DNA of 64,000 nucleotides. Origin: Trichinella spiralis. Its lineage: Eukaryota. A model generated the notes under the pieces. That model saw nothing but the letters and a program-made list of their open reading frames with translations. It did no database searches and was not told the origin of the DNA. Each line of letters begins with the position of its first letter. Within the stretch, counting starts at the first letter, position 1. Below, one piece after another: positions 42,954-54,212 of this stretch. A program made the position numbers and the translations under genes. The DNA lies in assembly GCF_000181795.1 (NCBI RefSeq), contig NW_003526943.1, positions 6,294,219-6,358,218 on the forward strand, read 5' to 3'.

Positions 42954-44062
42954 ATGGCCTACGGTGGACGTTTCGCTGTTTGTCAGTGTGAAAAAAATTC
43001 TTCAGTTATTGTATCCAATTATACTGCACTTTACGATGAAGAGCATATCACAAGTTACGGTTTTCTTTCCGCAGGTAGTTCTTTGATGGTTTCTGTTGCA
43101 TTAGTTTGTCTGTTCATGGAAATATACGTTCTCAAGCTTGCCTTAGCTAACCAAATGTGGCGAAATAACTTCTTCCTCATGTGGTTCATAAGTCAGGGTT
43201 TAGTCGAATGCATCACAATTCTCATCCATGTATACAGTGCAGTGATAACGTTAGTTCCAAATCTGTTCAATTGCAATATCTCGATATTTTTCGGTATATC
43301 CGTCGAAACCGCCTACCACATCAGCTTGCCACATTATGTTGCCTTGGCACTTGTACGCTATTTGTCCATAAGAAATCCAATGCAATTTACAAAATACATT
43401 AAAACAACCGTCTTTCAAATTGGGCTGCTGTGGATTTTCAGCATTGCATTGGCGGCGTTGATTTTACACAATCAAGGCAATTGGATTTATTTTCACCCTT
43501 TGCAAGGCAAATGGAGCTTAGCATGTGCCCGTCTGTACAACTCATCGTGGAATTTGTATTGGGGTATGTTTTGCGTGAGTTGCACATCAATTGCACTGCT
43601 CCTCTACTTGCTTTGCTTGTGCAAGCTGAAGCAGCAACGTCACCAACACCGCGGTTCGTTCAGCTACAAAAGAAACAGCTGGCCGTGCAATAAAAAAGCT
43701 GAAAAAAATCTAATCGCCATCAGTTTGACAATGACCATTGTTTTACTGTTGGAAAATGGCTTCTGGCGCCTGTGCCTGCAAGAGAATGGGTTCCACAACC
43801 GTCTGGTGAGCTTCAGTGTCAGTTTTGCCACCTTGCTGCGTTGTTGCTCCACGCCGACATTGATCCTCATCGTTAGCAGTGAATTATCATCACACAGCGT
43901 GTTCACATCTTGCTTAAGAAGGTAAGCATTGTATTGACAATTAATTAATTGATTGCGAGTAATTGTTCTTTTTTTTTGTTCTTATTTTTGATTATCATAT
44001 GTCATTTATTTTATCACAGAAATCCTCCTCAACAAGAACGGATGGTGAATAATAGTAGCTGA
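42954..44062 (+). CDS. Rhodopsin-like/serpentine 7TM receptor; exons 42954-43921 and 44020-44062
   Basis: 323-aa ORF with seven hydrophobic segments, a DRY-like LALVRYLSI after TM3, a TM4 Trp and a TM7 Pro. A short in-frame last exon follows a gtaagc..cag intron. Confidence 0.8.
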
Positions 44063-45390
44063 ATGGATTGCAAGTTCAGTTTGTTCATTTTTTGTTTCCA
44101 CAAAGCAATATGCAAATGTTGTGAACGTTGAAATAAAGCAAACCGGCCACATGAATAATAGAATACAAGTGCGATTTGTTTTCACTTCTCCATTGACCGG
44201 CTGATTGAAGCTTCAAGAACTATATTAATTCTTGTCTGCTAACAGTGGTAATCACAGTGTGGTATAAAGATCGTTTAATAGCGTTTGCACATTTCATTGC
44301 ACGGCTCTAGCTTTGTCTTTATTAAATTGCACTTTGTTGCAAAGCGTTACTTTTGAATGAATCGATCAATTTCCGTTAGACAATTTCCGTCAAGCATGTA
44401 AATAAGCAACACTAACAACAATCACTGTCGGATAGTAAACACAAACTGTGCATCGTAAATTCTGAAATATCCTCTAATCAAACAATTCTCTATTTATTCA
44501 ACTTTATCAATCTTAATAACAAATCTGTTTGTGATTGCTTTTGCAAATTGAAATTTATAAAAATGATTTTATTTATTTCATTGTCCATAGTTTTCATGCA
44601 ACAGCATCTGCACCGTATATATATAAATATAATTTTTTTGTTTCTGATGTTCATTTTAGTTTGCATAATTGCATAATTATTAATACTGGTTGGACTACAC
44701 ATTAGACGAAGATGTTCGTGAGCATTTTCAAACATAAAATATCCCAAAGATCGAATGAGCATTCAGTTGGTGCCAACTACTACTGGTCATTTGAATTCGA
44801 AGTTTGCCATTCAATTATCAACAACAATCCACAAACACTTATCTAATCATGACGTCAAAAGAATCCTTTGCTGTCATTTTAACTTCAGATTATAATTTTT
44901 TCTTTAAATTTAAATAAAAAGAAATTAATCTTCCCAATAATATTCAAAAAACATAATTATATAAGTTGTACCTATTTTTTCATTCATCTTCCATTCCGAT
45001 CAGTGAACAATAATTTCAACAGAATTTACTGTTTAATTATATTAAAAACATTGATTGAATAATTTGAATTATAATAATTGAAAACTGAAAATCACAATTC
45101 TAATGACTTCACTTTCAAATTGCATTAAAAATTATTCGCGTGTGAAGAACATTCGCGAATTTTATTTATAACATATGCATACGTTTGACTGTTTGAGCAC
45201 AAATAAAGCACTTTTCTTTATAGAAACTAACAAATAAAATTGAAATAAAGCAAAGCAAAGCAAAATAATTTCTCTTCTTTTCTTTCCTTCCCTTTATGCA
45301 ATAACAATACTGCCGAAATTATTAAAAGCAGCAACATACATACAGATACTTGCTGAATCAAAGAAAACATTATTAAAATTAGCCATTTTT

Positions 45391-47350
45391 CTAGTAGCTA
45401 ATTTTGACAGTACGTAAACTATCCGCTAATTCTTCTCGTTCAAGCAAATAAACAATTATTAACGTAACATTATCACTGCTTCCACCTTCAGTAATTGAGT
45501 AGTTTAATAAGTAATCAGCCAAATCCTCTCCTAAAAGTAAATTTGTTTAAGCCTATTATCACACGCAATTCATTGAAATTCAATTCATCAATACAAATTT
45601 TTAATTTCAGACTTATAATTTATAAGAAATTTTTTAAAAACATTTTTTACAATTACAACATTTATGTAAATAATTAATAATTCAAATAAAACAAATACGC
45701 AATTTAATTAATTCACACTGAGAAACTACTACATTATACAAATTGGAAGCCGAATCAGAAGTATTATGGAATATAGATTTATTTAAATTAACTGCACATC
45801 ACTTGAAATAAATTATCTGTTCAATAATTAGATGCACTTACCCTTATCACGTCGTTCTGCATAAAATGAGATAACTAATTCACGACATTTGCAAATGTCC
45901 ATCCCATCCCAAAAACCGTCACTTGCCATAACCAAAAGTGACTGCGATGAGCATCGGGCAAAACGTACATACTGTGGCAGTGACAAAAGTGGTGGTTTCA
46001 GATGATAATCACCTTTGAGCATAAGAATATTAATTTTATGAAAAAAAAACATTAACTTTTTTATTTAAAAAAATACCAAAGCTTCGAGTTACATTGATCC
46101 ATCCATTGACACGAGATTCTCCTTGAACTTCAATTATTGCTCCGCCATTATCTTTGATTAACCGCCATTCATCCTAAGCCATTATGTTTAAATAAAATGT
46201 AAATCTTTTTCCATTAATAAATATTTGATTACCATATTTGAGGGTGAATGTTTGTGATTCAGCAGTTTCATTTCACCAAACCTATCTAGCATTGCAACCA
46301 TAGAATCCCCAAGCCAAGATATGTGTATCGATTCATTATCAACAACACAAGCAAGGCAAGTTGTACCAGATTTGATATTCTTAAGAAAGTAAAGATTTTA
46401 CGCATCCACTATTGTGTCATTCAAAAGTGTGATCATGTACTTCACGATGGCATTTTGCCAATAAATTCCGCTCAGTACGTTCGTAAGCTTCCAACGTACT
46501 TTCCCGTAAATTACTTGGGAAATTGGCAGAGTTGCACAAATTGTAAGCTAAATGTTTTGAAACATACAAAGCACACTCCGGACCACCGTGACCATCAAAT
46601 ATAGCAAAAAGTGAAATGGCAGAATTCAACTAAATTTACGATAAAGTTAGCAATAAATACATGACAACTTGAAATCATTCCATGAAATTAAACGCAAACT
46701 TCATCAATACTAATTGTATCATTAATAAGGTATACACTTAAAAATATATAATCATATTATACCAAGGACTGCTTTTCAGGAATTTGTAAAAGACGAAAAT
46801 CTGAAACAATGCAAAAACGATCTTCCATTTTTCGACGCCTGTTTCGTACACTCAGAACAGAATATGATGGAATCTGGCCGACTAACTCCATCGACGAATG
46901 GGCGTGTACAATATCTTTGAAAAATGTTTGGCAAAATGAAACCAGTTCATTAACGGCCAATCTATTTAATGTGCTCGATTGAATAAACTTTTCTTCAGAT
47001 TCGAAATTTTCTACCATTGAACCAACTTCATCCTCATCACCACAGCTCGACAACAAGACGTTGCAAATATGGGAGTGAAATGCTTTCGAAGAAAGCCACA
47101 AGGCATCACAATTGTTAAACCCACTAAATAATTCACATTGGAACAACGAAACGTCTAATTATAAATAAATCACTTACTGTTGCGTGAGAAATTCAACGTT
47201 TCTTGCAATCACTTCTGCAGGTATTTCTTCCATTGTAACTTTGTCTTTTGTGTCAACTCTTGGATGAACACCGTCAGGCACTGAAGTGTCGGACTGCGAG
47301 TCGAAGTCATCCAAAAGTTTTTGCAACTTCACTGAAAACGCCTCACTCAT
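45391..47350 (-). CDS. PP2C-family Ser/Thr phosphatase, PPM1E/PPM1F (nematode fem-2-like), multi-exon
   Basis: RNRRRKMEDR, FAIFDGHGG, SWLGDS, NVTRSFGD, MASDGFWD and GSSDNVT, preceded by an N-terminal extension. Confidence 0.9.
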
Positions 47351-48593
47351 ATCTTGTATTTAAATTTCCACTAAAACTTTAACATATACATAACTAGTCA
47401 GCAAACAGGAAATTGAAATGAAAAGTTAAGTTCTGTTTTGAATAATCATATTTAATACTGTGCAAATAGAAAAACAGTACAAACTTTAAATCAAATTGTA
47501 CAATAAGGAAGTTTTGACTACAAAAATCATTTAACTATAATTAGAAACATTTTTCGAGAAGATAGCCACTTTCCGATAGATGCCCTTGTAGATGAAAAGC
47601 ATAACAATCAATCAAAATGTACAACAATGATAACCACTGAAATTTTATGAGTGAAATTTAAATACATTTAAAATTCAAATGAAACAGATTTTCAGTTTTA
47701 CCATATATGTGCATATTAATGAAAAAGTCACCTTTTAAGTTATTTTTAAGACAAACTTTCAAAGAAGATAAAAAACAAAACTTCACCTTTAACATGTTAT
47801 TTAGAACAACATGATAATTGATTTTTAAGTCTAAAGTTTTAATGTATTTGAAATATTTTAAAATTTATTTTATTTTACAGTTCAAATACATACATTGAAT
47901 CTATGTTTACATAAAAAACAAAATAAGCAATTGAACAAAGTAACTATAAGGTACTTTGAATCAAGTAATACTGTATTATACAGTATCGCATTGGTTTGAG
48001 GGCATCAGTGGATCTTTCCAGGTAATTTGATTATTTCACCTGAAAGTTTTTATCAGTTCAGTAGTACTTTAAATTTTTATTAGTTTATACATTAGATTAT
48101 ATTTTTTTAATTTATCTGTAGTATTGCAAGTATATAATTTTAAATCCGAGAAAGCTTGTTTCTTTATGAGTAAAATAAGAATGAAAAACACGAATATATA
48201 TTTTTTTTATTTGTACAGATTGATGTTATAAATGAAGAGAATATTGTAATGTTTTTAATTGCAATATTTTTGCATAATTTGTTACTTGTTATTGACAGCA
48301 TTTACGCTGGGCTATAATTGCTTTAGAAATAAATTGCTATATATTACAGCTTAATTCTATTTTTTTTCATATACATTCTCTTTTATTTGGCGTGTTCTTG
48401 TTTGTCGTTCATCCTTTTCAAGAAGCTTACATTACTTTTTATAATGAACTAATGATATGTTGGTACAAAGTGATTGGAATTTTCCAGTCCGCTGATAATA
48501 ACATTTTCTAGTTATGAATTAATGAAATTTAAATAGAATGAATAATATTATTTTATAAAATTATTGTTTCAGATTTTAACGGCGACGGATCAA

Positions 48594-49678
48594 ATGGAAA
48601 TGGGCGACAAAATACCGATAGTTAGAGATGAACAACCGAATACCTCTGATGCAATTATTGAAGCAGATCAGTCTTTTTATTATGAAGAATTTATGGAAGG
48701 AAGCGTACCGTGTCCATCCTGTGATGGTGCAGGTAGAATACCAAAAGGTATTATTTATATATAAATATATACGTATATGTATATATATGTGCATGTTCGG
48801 AAATTCTTTTAGAACAAGAGAAACAGCTTGTTGCACTGATTCCTCTTACTGATAAACGCTTGAAGCCTCGCAGGACGTTAGTAATTGTTTTTTCTTTTAG
48901 AAATTTTGTCTATATTTGAGCATTTTATATAATCATTTTTATGAGCATTTTGAAAAATGAAATATTTTAGGACTCTTTGGGTACTGTCAGCTGTATCTGC
49001 TAGTTTACTGACTTGGGCTTTGTGTATTTTTTTTCTTATTCCCCGATCTATTGTTGTATCAAGTGATGATTCTTCCATTGTACCATACGCTGCCTACGTA
49101 AATGAAAGTCAGCCAACGGTTAAGCTTAGTTTCTTGGTAAACTGAATTAAAATTTTTTTTTAATATTTATGTATACTTATTCATTTATTTTGTTATAGAA
49201 ATATTTAAATGTCACCAACTTCAACTTTGTCACTATTTCCGTTGTCAATGCATCGATGGTCTCGATTTATATTTTGGATTCACGTCGGGTAGTTGGACAG
49301 ACGACAAATTTGACACATGTTATTGTACCGTTGAGATCAACACGAACAATAGTGTTTAATACCACTATTACGTTTGATTCGGAATTGTTGGTGTATGTAT
49401 AATTTAAAGTTTTATTAAATGTTTGTATTTATTATTTAATATAAATATTTATTTATTTTATTTTATTTTAGGAAGTACTGTACGTTTATTAAAATCATTT
49501 TTATGCAGTTTGAGTAAGTTTTTAATGGAATCATATTATCAACCTATGACTTTTTATTTTTAATTTTAGTGTTACAATTACTAGTAATTATTTGGGTCAC
49601 AGTGAACAGACGAGTGTCAGTAATAATCAGCAATTGTACTGTTCGAATCAAATACCAGATGATATTTATGCTAAGTGA
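48594..49678 (+). CDS. TMEM106B: TMEM106 family lysosomal type II membrane protein, multi-exon
   Basis: CPSCDGAGRIPK|EQEKQLVALIPLTDKRLKPRR, then a TM segment ending FFLIPRSI and a luminal domain with N-glycosylation sequons. Confidence 0.88.
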
Positions 49679-49863
49679 TATTGAAATTTATTGGTGCTTT
49701 TTTTCTATTGAATGAATGCATGAAAATCTTTATTATGCGATGATGAAATGTGATTCCATTGCCATTTAAATTGGTTTTACTACATTAAAGTATAATATAT
49801 TATTATGAACAAACGGTAATTTAAAATTTTCCATGCAAATCTCATTTGCATTTGAGTTCGCCA

Positions 49864-50210
49864 TGTGACACCAGTATCGTCGCATTCGGGGATAATTTCC
49901 TGAAAAAGACGAAGCCATCGGTGAAGCATCGCAATCAGCCAGCGCCTACTTTGTTCGATACCGCTGGTGCGGTGTCGTTGCTCACCTAGACTGCCCTTCC
50001 CTCCCCACTTCTTCGCCCTGATGGAGATTATAAAAAGTCGAAGGATGAGTTCGAGTGAGATCGTCACTGTACCGCAGAGTGGTGTAGAGAAGAGGGTCCG
50101 AGTTCGTTTAACCGAACATCGCCGTGGTCGAACTCTTAATCAACCGCCGTACAAACATATGGTTAATTTTGCCTGAGAGTCAGTAACGGTCTGTTCTCTG
50201 ACACGTAACA
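49864..50210. mobile_element. Possible solo LTR
   Basis: GC-enriched island bounded by TGTGAC..GTAACA with an internal TATAAAA. No TSD found. Confidence 0.4.
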
Positions 50211-50808
50211 TACAGTTTCATTGTTTTATTTCATTATAATTTCACCGAAACATAACATAACACGAATTTGGTTTGGATAAGAAAAAATTATTATATTTAC
50301 ACTTCAGTTTAGTAAAAATATATTAAAAACTTAGAATTACAATTTTGCACGTATATTAAATTCATGATGTTATGATTTGAATGAATTGCATGCAAAGTGA
50401 AAAATATGGAAAGAGTACCTTTTAATTTTGATATTCCTTGGTGACGAAGAAATCGATTGTCTGATTGTCAAGTTAATCATTTCAAAGAAATGACAACTCT
50501 AATGGCTAAACTGAAATTATTGATTCTCAAGTTTGAAAAACTGTGTTTCAATTGGCGCGGCAATTCAGTTGATCTACCTTATACGGTCAGATTCTCGTAT
50601 TCTTCGGCTACTCGTTATTTCTGTTTGCGAAAACCGTTTTTCTGTAAAACCAAAATACAAAGTTGCAAAATCAGAGTACAGAGACACACGTAACCACAGT
50701 ATAACCGGAGACAAAAGTGAAACACTTGTCAACATTAAGCGAACGCGAAAGATAAAAAAAGTACGCTGTACTTCTGGCCAACTTATGACTTACGCGTTAT
50801 ATTGGTTG

Positions 50809-51320
50809 TGTTGAGAAAATTTTTTAATTCTCCATGATCAAAACATTGTTTATTTGCGCAAAAACAACGATGACGTAACGCAAGCTGCCATACTGCAGCT
50901 GGGTCAGCGTCCACGCTGTATACTTGCTACAACTATGGTGTCACAGCTGCTGACAACTCGTCAAAATGAAATGTCTCTGACAACCCGGCTGTTCAGATCA
51001 ACGCATCCGCATAGACCAAGCGGTTGCGTAACCAACTCGGTTACCAAATCTCTCCTCGGAGATTTGGGCCACCAGATGCGAAGTCAGGTCAACCAACGTG
51101 TGTAAATGCGAGTGAGCAGGGAACACAAGAGAACATACGAGATGAAAGCTATCTACCCGAACGCCTGGCTGTTCCTTAGATGCTGCCTCATTACTTTTCT
51201 ATGCCCCAACTGAATAAAATCGAATTCTACGGCATGCATTGTTTTTGGATTATCTATGAATAACTCATACAGTCCACTCCTTAGTGATTTTCAAGTTCCA
51301 TCCGAAAGGATTTTCCAACA
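50809..51320 (+). mobile_element. 5' LTR of a BEL/Pao retrotransposon
   Basis: Imperfect terminal inverted repeats TGTTGAGAAAAT..ATTTTCCAACA and AATAAA at 51213. Followed 6 nt later by a PBS and gag. Confidence 0.7.
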
Positions 51321-51326
51321 TAGTTT

Positions 51327-51365
51327 TGGTCCTCTGAGCCGGATTTGAACCAGCGACCCATGGAT
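51327..51365 (+). promoter_or_regulatory. Primer-binding site complementary to the 3' half of tRNA-Tyr (39 nt)
   Basis: TGGTCCTCTGAGCCGGATTTGAACCAGCGACCCATGGAT. Its reverse complement ATCCATGGGTCGCTGGTTCAAATCCGGCTCAGAGGACCA has a T-loop (GGTTCAAATCC) and ends in CCA. Confidence 0.85.
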
Positions 51366-52060
51366 GCACCAAGTGAACAATCACCGGCAATGAACGACTC
51401 AAGCAGAACGATGAACAACCGGAAGAGACCAACTGCGACATACGACTCTGAAATGATATCCTTAACACATGGGATGGATCGGTTGCAAGCTCATTGCACC
51501 AGAGCAACCGACATGGAAGCTATCCGCGAAGTGTCCACAGCGTTAGAGCGGACAGAGCAACGCTTTTTCGATTCACGGCAACTTCGGTTGAATGGCATCC
51601 TGAAATAAGAGAGATCAGAAGCGATCGTCGAATTTGACGAGCTAGCTGCTAAGCTCCTGGCCATATAACACTGAGCCGATGAATTGCTGTCAACTGCTGA
51701 GACACCATCGTCGACCGTGACAACCCAGTCCCGGGTGAAGAACAGTTTGTTTAGCTCAATAATGCTGATCCCGAAATTACCAACTTACGATGGAGACGTT
51801 CTCCAATTCAAGGGCTTTTGGGATCAATTCGAGGCTACGGTGCATCGCTGAGAAGATCTACAAAATAACACTAAATTGATGTATCTGCGATCCTGTTTGA
51901 GTGGGGCAGCACGGCAAGCAATTGACGGTATAATCACTTCTGCCGAGAACCACCCGGCAGTAGTGCAGCTCCTACTCGACTGCTTCTACAGAGCATCAGA
52001 TATACTAGACGCACACATACTTGAGATCCTCAACATGAAACACGATGTCATCAAAGAAAG
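51360..52060 (+). pseudogene. BEL/Pao gag (DUF1759-type) pseudogene
   Basis: KLPTYDGDVLQFKGFWDQFEATVH..KLMYLRSCLSGAARQAIDG, with several in-frame stops. Confidence 0.88.
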
Positions 52061-52669
52061 AGAACTACAGCAGCTAGACTCAGCTTATGCTTTAGCTGCC
52101 TATGTTAAAGACAGAGCAAAACAGTGCAAGTTCAAACCAGAGGGCTGGAAAACTCATCCCTGTTAACTATCTGCCCAGGGAATCCCTGATTGTTGTAAAT
52201 GTTGATGTCTAATTGGTATTGATTTTTATATTGCAAAAGATGAGATACCGGCGAGACGCTAATTCGACACTATGAATCTAGAGGATTTGTTTGAAGAACT
52301 ACAGCCAACTTTGGAACAAAGTGTAGTAATTGTTTCCCTGCCGTTACTTCTCTAGTTCTGTGCGCCTTATTCATCCTTGTAATAAATTGTTTTTCACTGG
52401 TTATTTGTCTCCGGTTGTAGCTGACAGATTAGCGCGAACTCATCAAACTATTGTGACAATGGCTATGCAACAAGCAGATAAACAATTTATTTATTGAATT
52501 ACAAATATACAAAGGAAACGAATCTTTTCGTTGATATCTTCGAGCAGCACTTCTTTACTGCACTACTGTACCTTGAATCTTTTAGACTTAGACGTACTCG
52601 TCAAGACTGAGTCCTTCTCTACTAGTTTTATTTTCATAGAGCTTATTTATATGAAATCCTGAAAACCAT

Positions 52670-53030
52670 GATGGCAAACATCTCTCCCAGTATCCACCCA
52701 TCTACGGAGCTCTTTCCATAATGAAATTTCATTGGATACGATGGGACATAATTTCACCAACCATATTATCAACCTTTGTCCAATTGCTTAAACGATCAAA
52801 AATTGTCAGACTGTAATATTCAAGGCTTACCTTGGCGTGCTGAAAGCGTCATAATGCTTGTAGAAGTCGTGGTGTTGTCATCTCAGATACAACTTCTAAA
52901 TGCACTGCCCAAGTTCTCATACAAGTGAACGAAAAGATATAATTCTTATTCACTCTTTCTTCGGCGCGTCCGGCCAGATCTAAGCCTGTATTTTCAAACG
53001 ACCGTTTAACACAAATCCGAACTACTGAGA
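52670..53030 (-). pseudogene. BEL/Pao integrase fragment
   Basis: FENTGLDLAG..FTCMRTWAVHLEVV..QAL*RFSARQGKP*ILQSDN..ERAP*MGGYWER. Confidence 0.88.
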
Positions 53031-53149
53031 AAAAAGCTATTTTTGCAAACGATCTCGAATTTATTCGTGTGCAGCAAGGGTAGGAATGCACTGGATGGTC
53101 CGAATTTTTGCTTGCATTCTTCAATTGCTTGTTAGAAATACTCTTCCCG

Positions 53150-54212
53150 TTGAATGATAATGGCGTAGGTTTTCACTGCATACTTATGGCGCCATGATAT
53201 TGGTTCTCTCAAACTTTTCATTGCCTCAAATTATTCCGTTTTGATTAGCTGCAATATTTATTTTATTGGTACAAATGTTTTGAATGCATAACAATTGATT
53301 ACGCAACATTAGTATACTTGATGTCAAGTTTGTCAAATGCAGTTGTATTTACATTCATATATTTTAATGACAGCTTTTAGTAATCAATGTAATACAATTA
53401 GTTATTTAAAAATTAAAACTTAAAATTAAGTTTTTTATTTCATTATGGTAACTAAATGAAGTTTAATGAAATGAGATAGCAGTAGGTCAAACACATCAAA
53501 AGAATTTTTATTTTTCAACGCCCAGCAACTATATCGACAGTAAATAAGAGAATGACATAGTAAATAATAGATGATAGCAACAGTAAATAAAATAAACAAG
53601 TGATCAACAATAGCAAATAGAAACAATGAAAAATGAAAAAAACAATCAATAATACAAAACCACTTGGAAGGCGGCATTAAATCAGCTCCGGCGTTATGTA
53701 CATTAATGCTTCAAGCAACTGCTCCAGGGTACGACTACCGTTGGTATATTCACAGGTATATTGTGCAACTCGTTGTTGCTTTTCAGCATAAACCTTGTTT
53801 ACCCGTCTTAAGTCACCAACGGTAGCGTTTCCTGATAGCACTTGTTGAATCAGGGTGTCCATCACACCCTGTTCCGCTATCAGGAGCTGGAGTAGTTCAT
53901 ATAACCCGTTATGACCGTTACCCGCTTTTCTGTTGAGCCGATTATGCCAATCTTCCAAGTGGTTATTCGTCCTAATATTTACATTATGGACATTCCAAAG
54001 CGGCAGTCTTTCATCGGTCATCCACTCCTGCCGAAAATATTGAAATAAGGCTAATAAATTACCCATAGTGCCTGTTTCAAGCAGGCTAACATCAGTATCA
54101 ACTTGCGGTACAGGGAGGAAAGCGGTGGCCAGGAGCATTCTTATCTTTCTTTTTGTCTGTCCTTCAGTTCTATCTTGTTTTCAGTCCCAGCTCACCGACT
54201 TTCCTATGTATG
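53150..54212 (-). mobile_element. MULE element, 3' portion (copy A), truncated by copy B
   Basis: ORF 53677-54138 with YFRQEWM..WNVHNVNIRTNNHLEDWHNRLN (catalytic Glu region). Its downstream terminal region resembles 54330-54420. Left boundary approximate. Confidence 0.85.

Noticed and set aside
51327..51365. Functional tRNA gene on the minus strand
   Set aside because: Only the 3' half is present, CCA is encoded, and it sits directly after an LTR, so it is a PBS.
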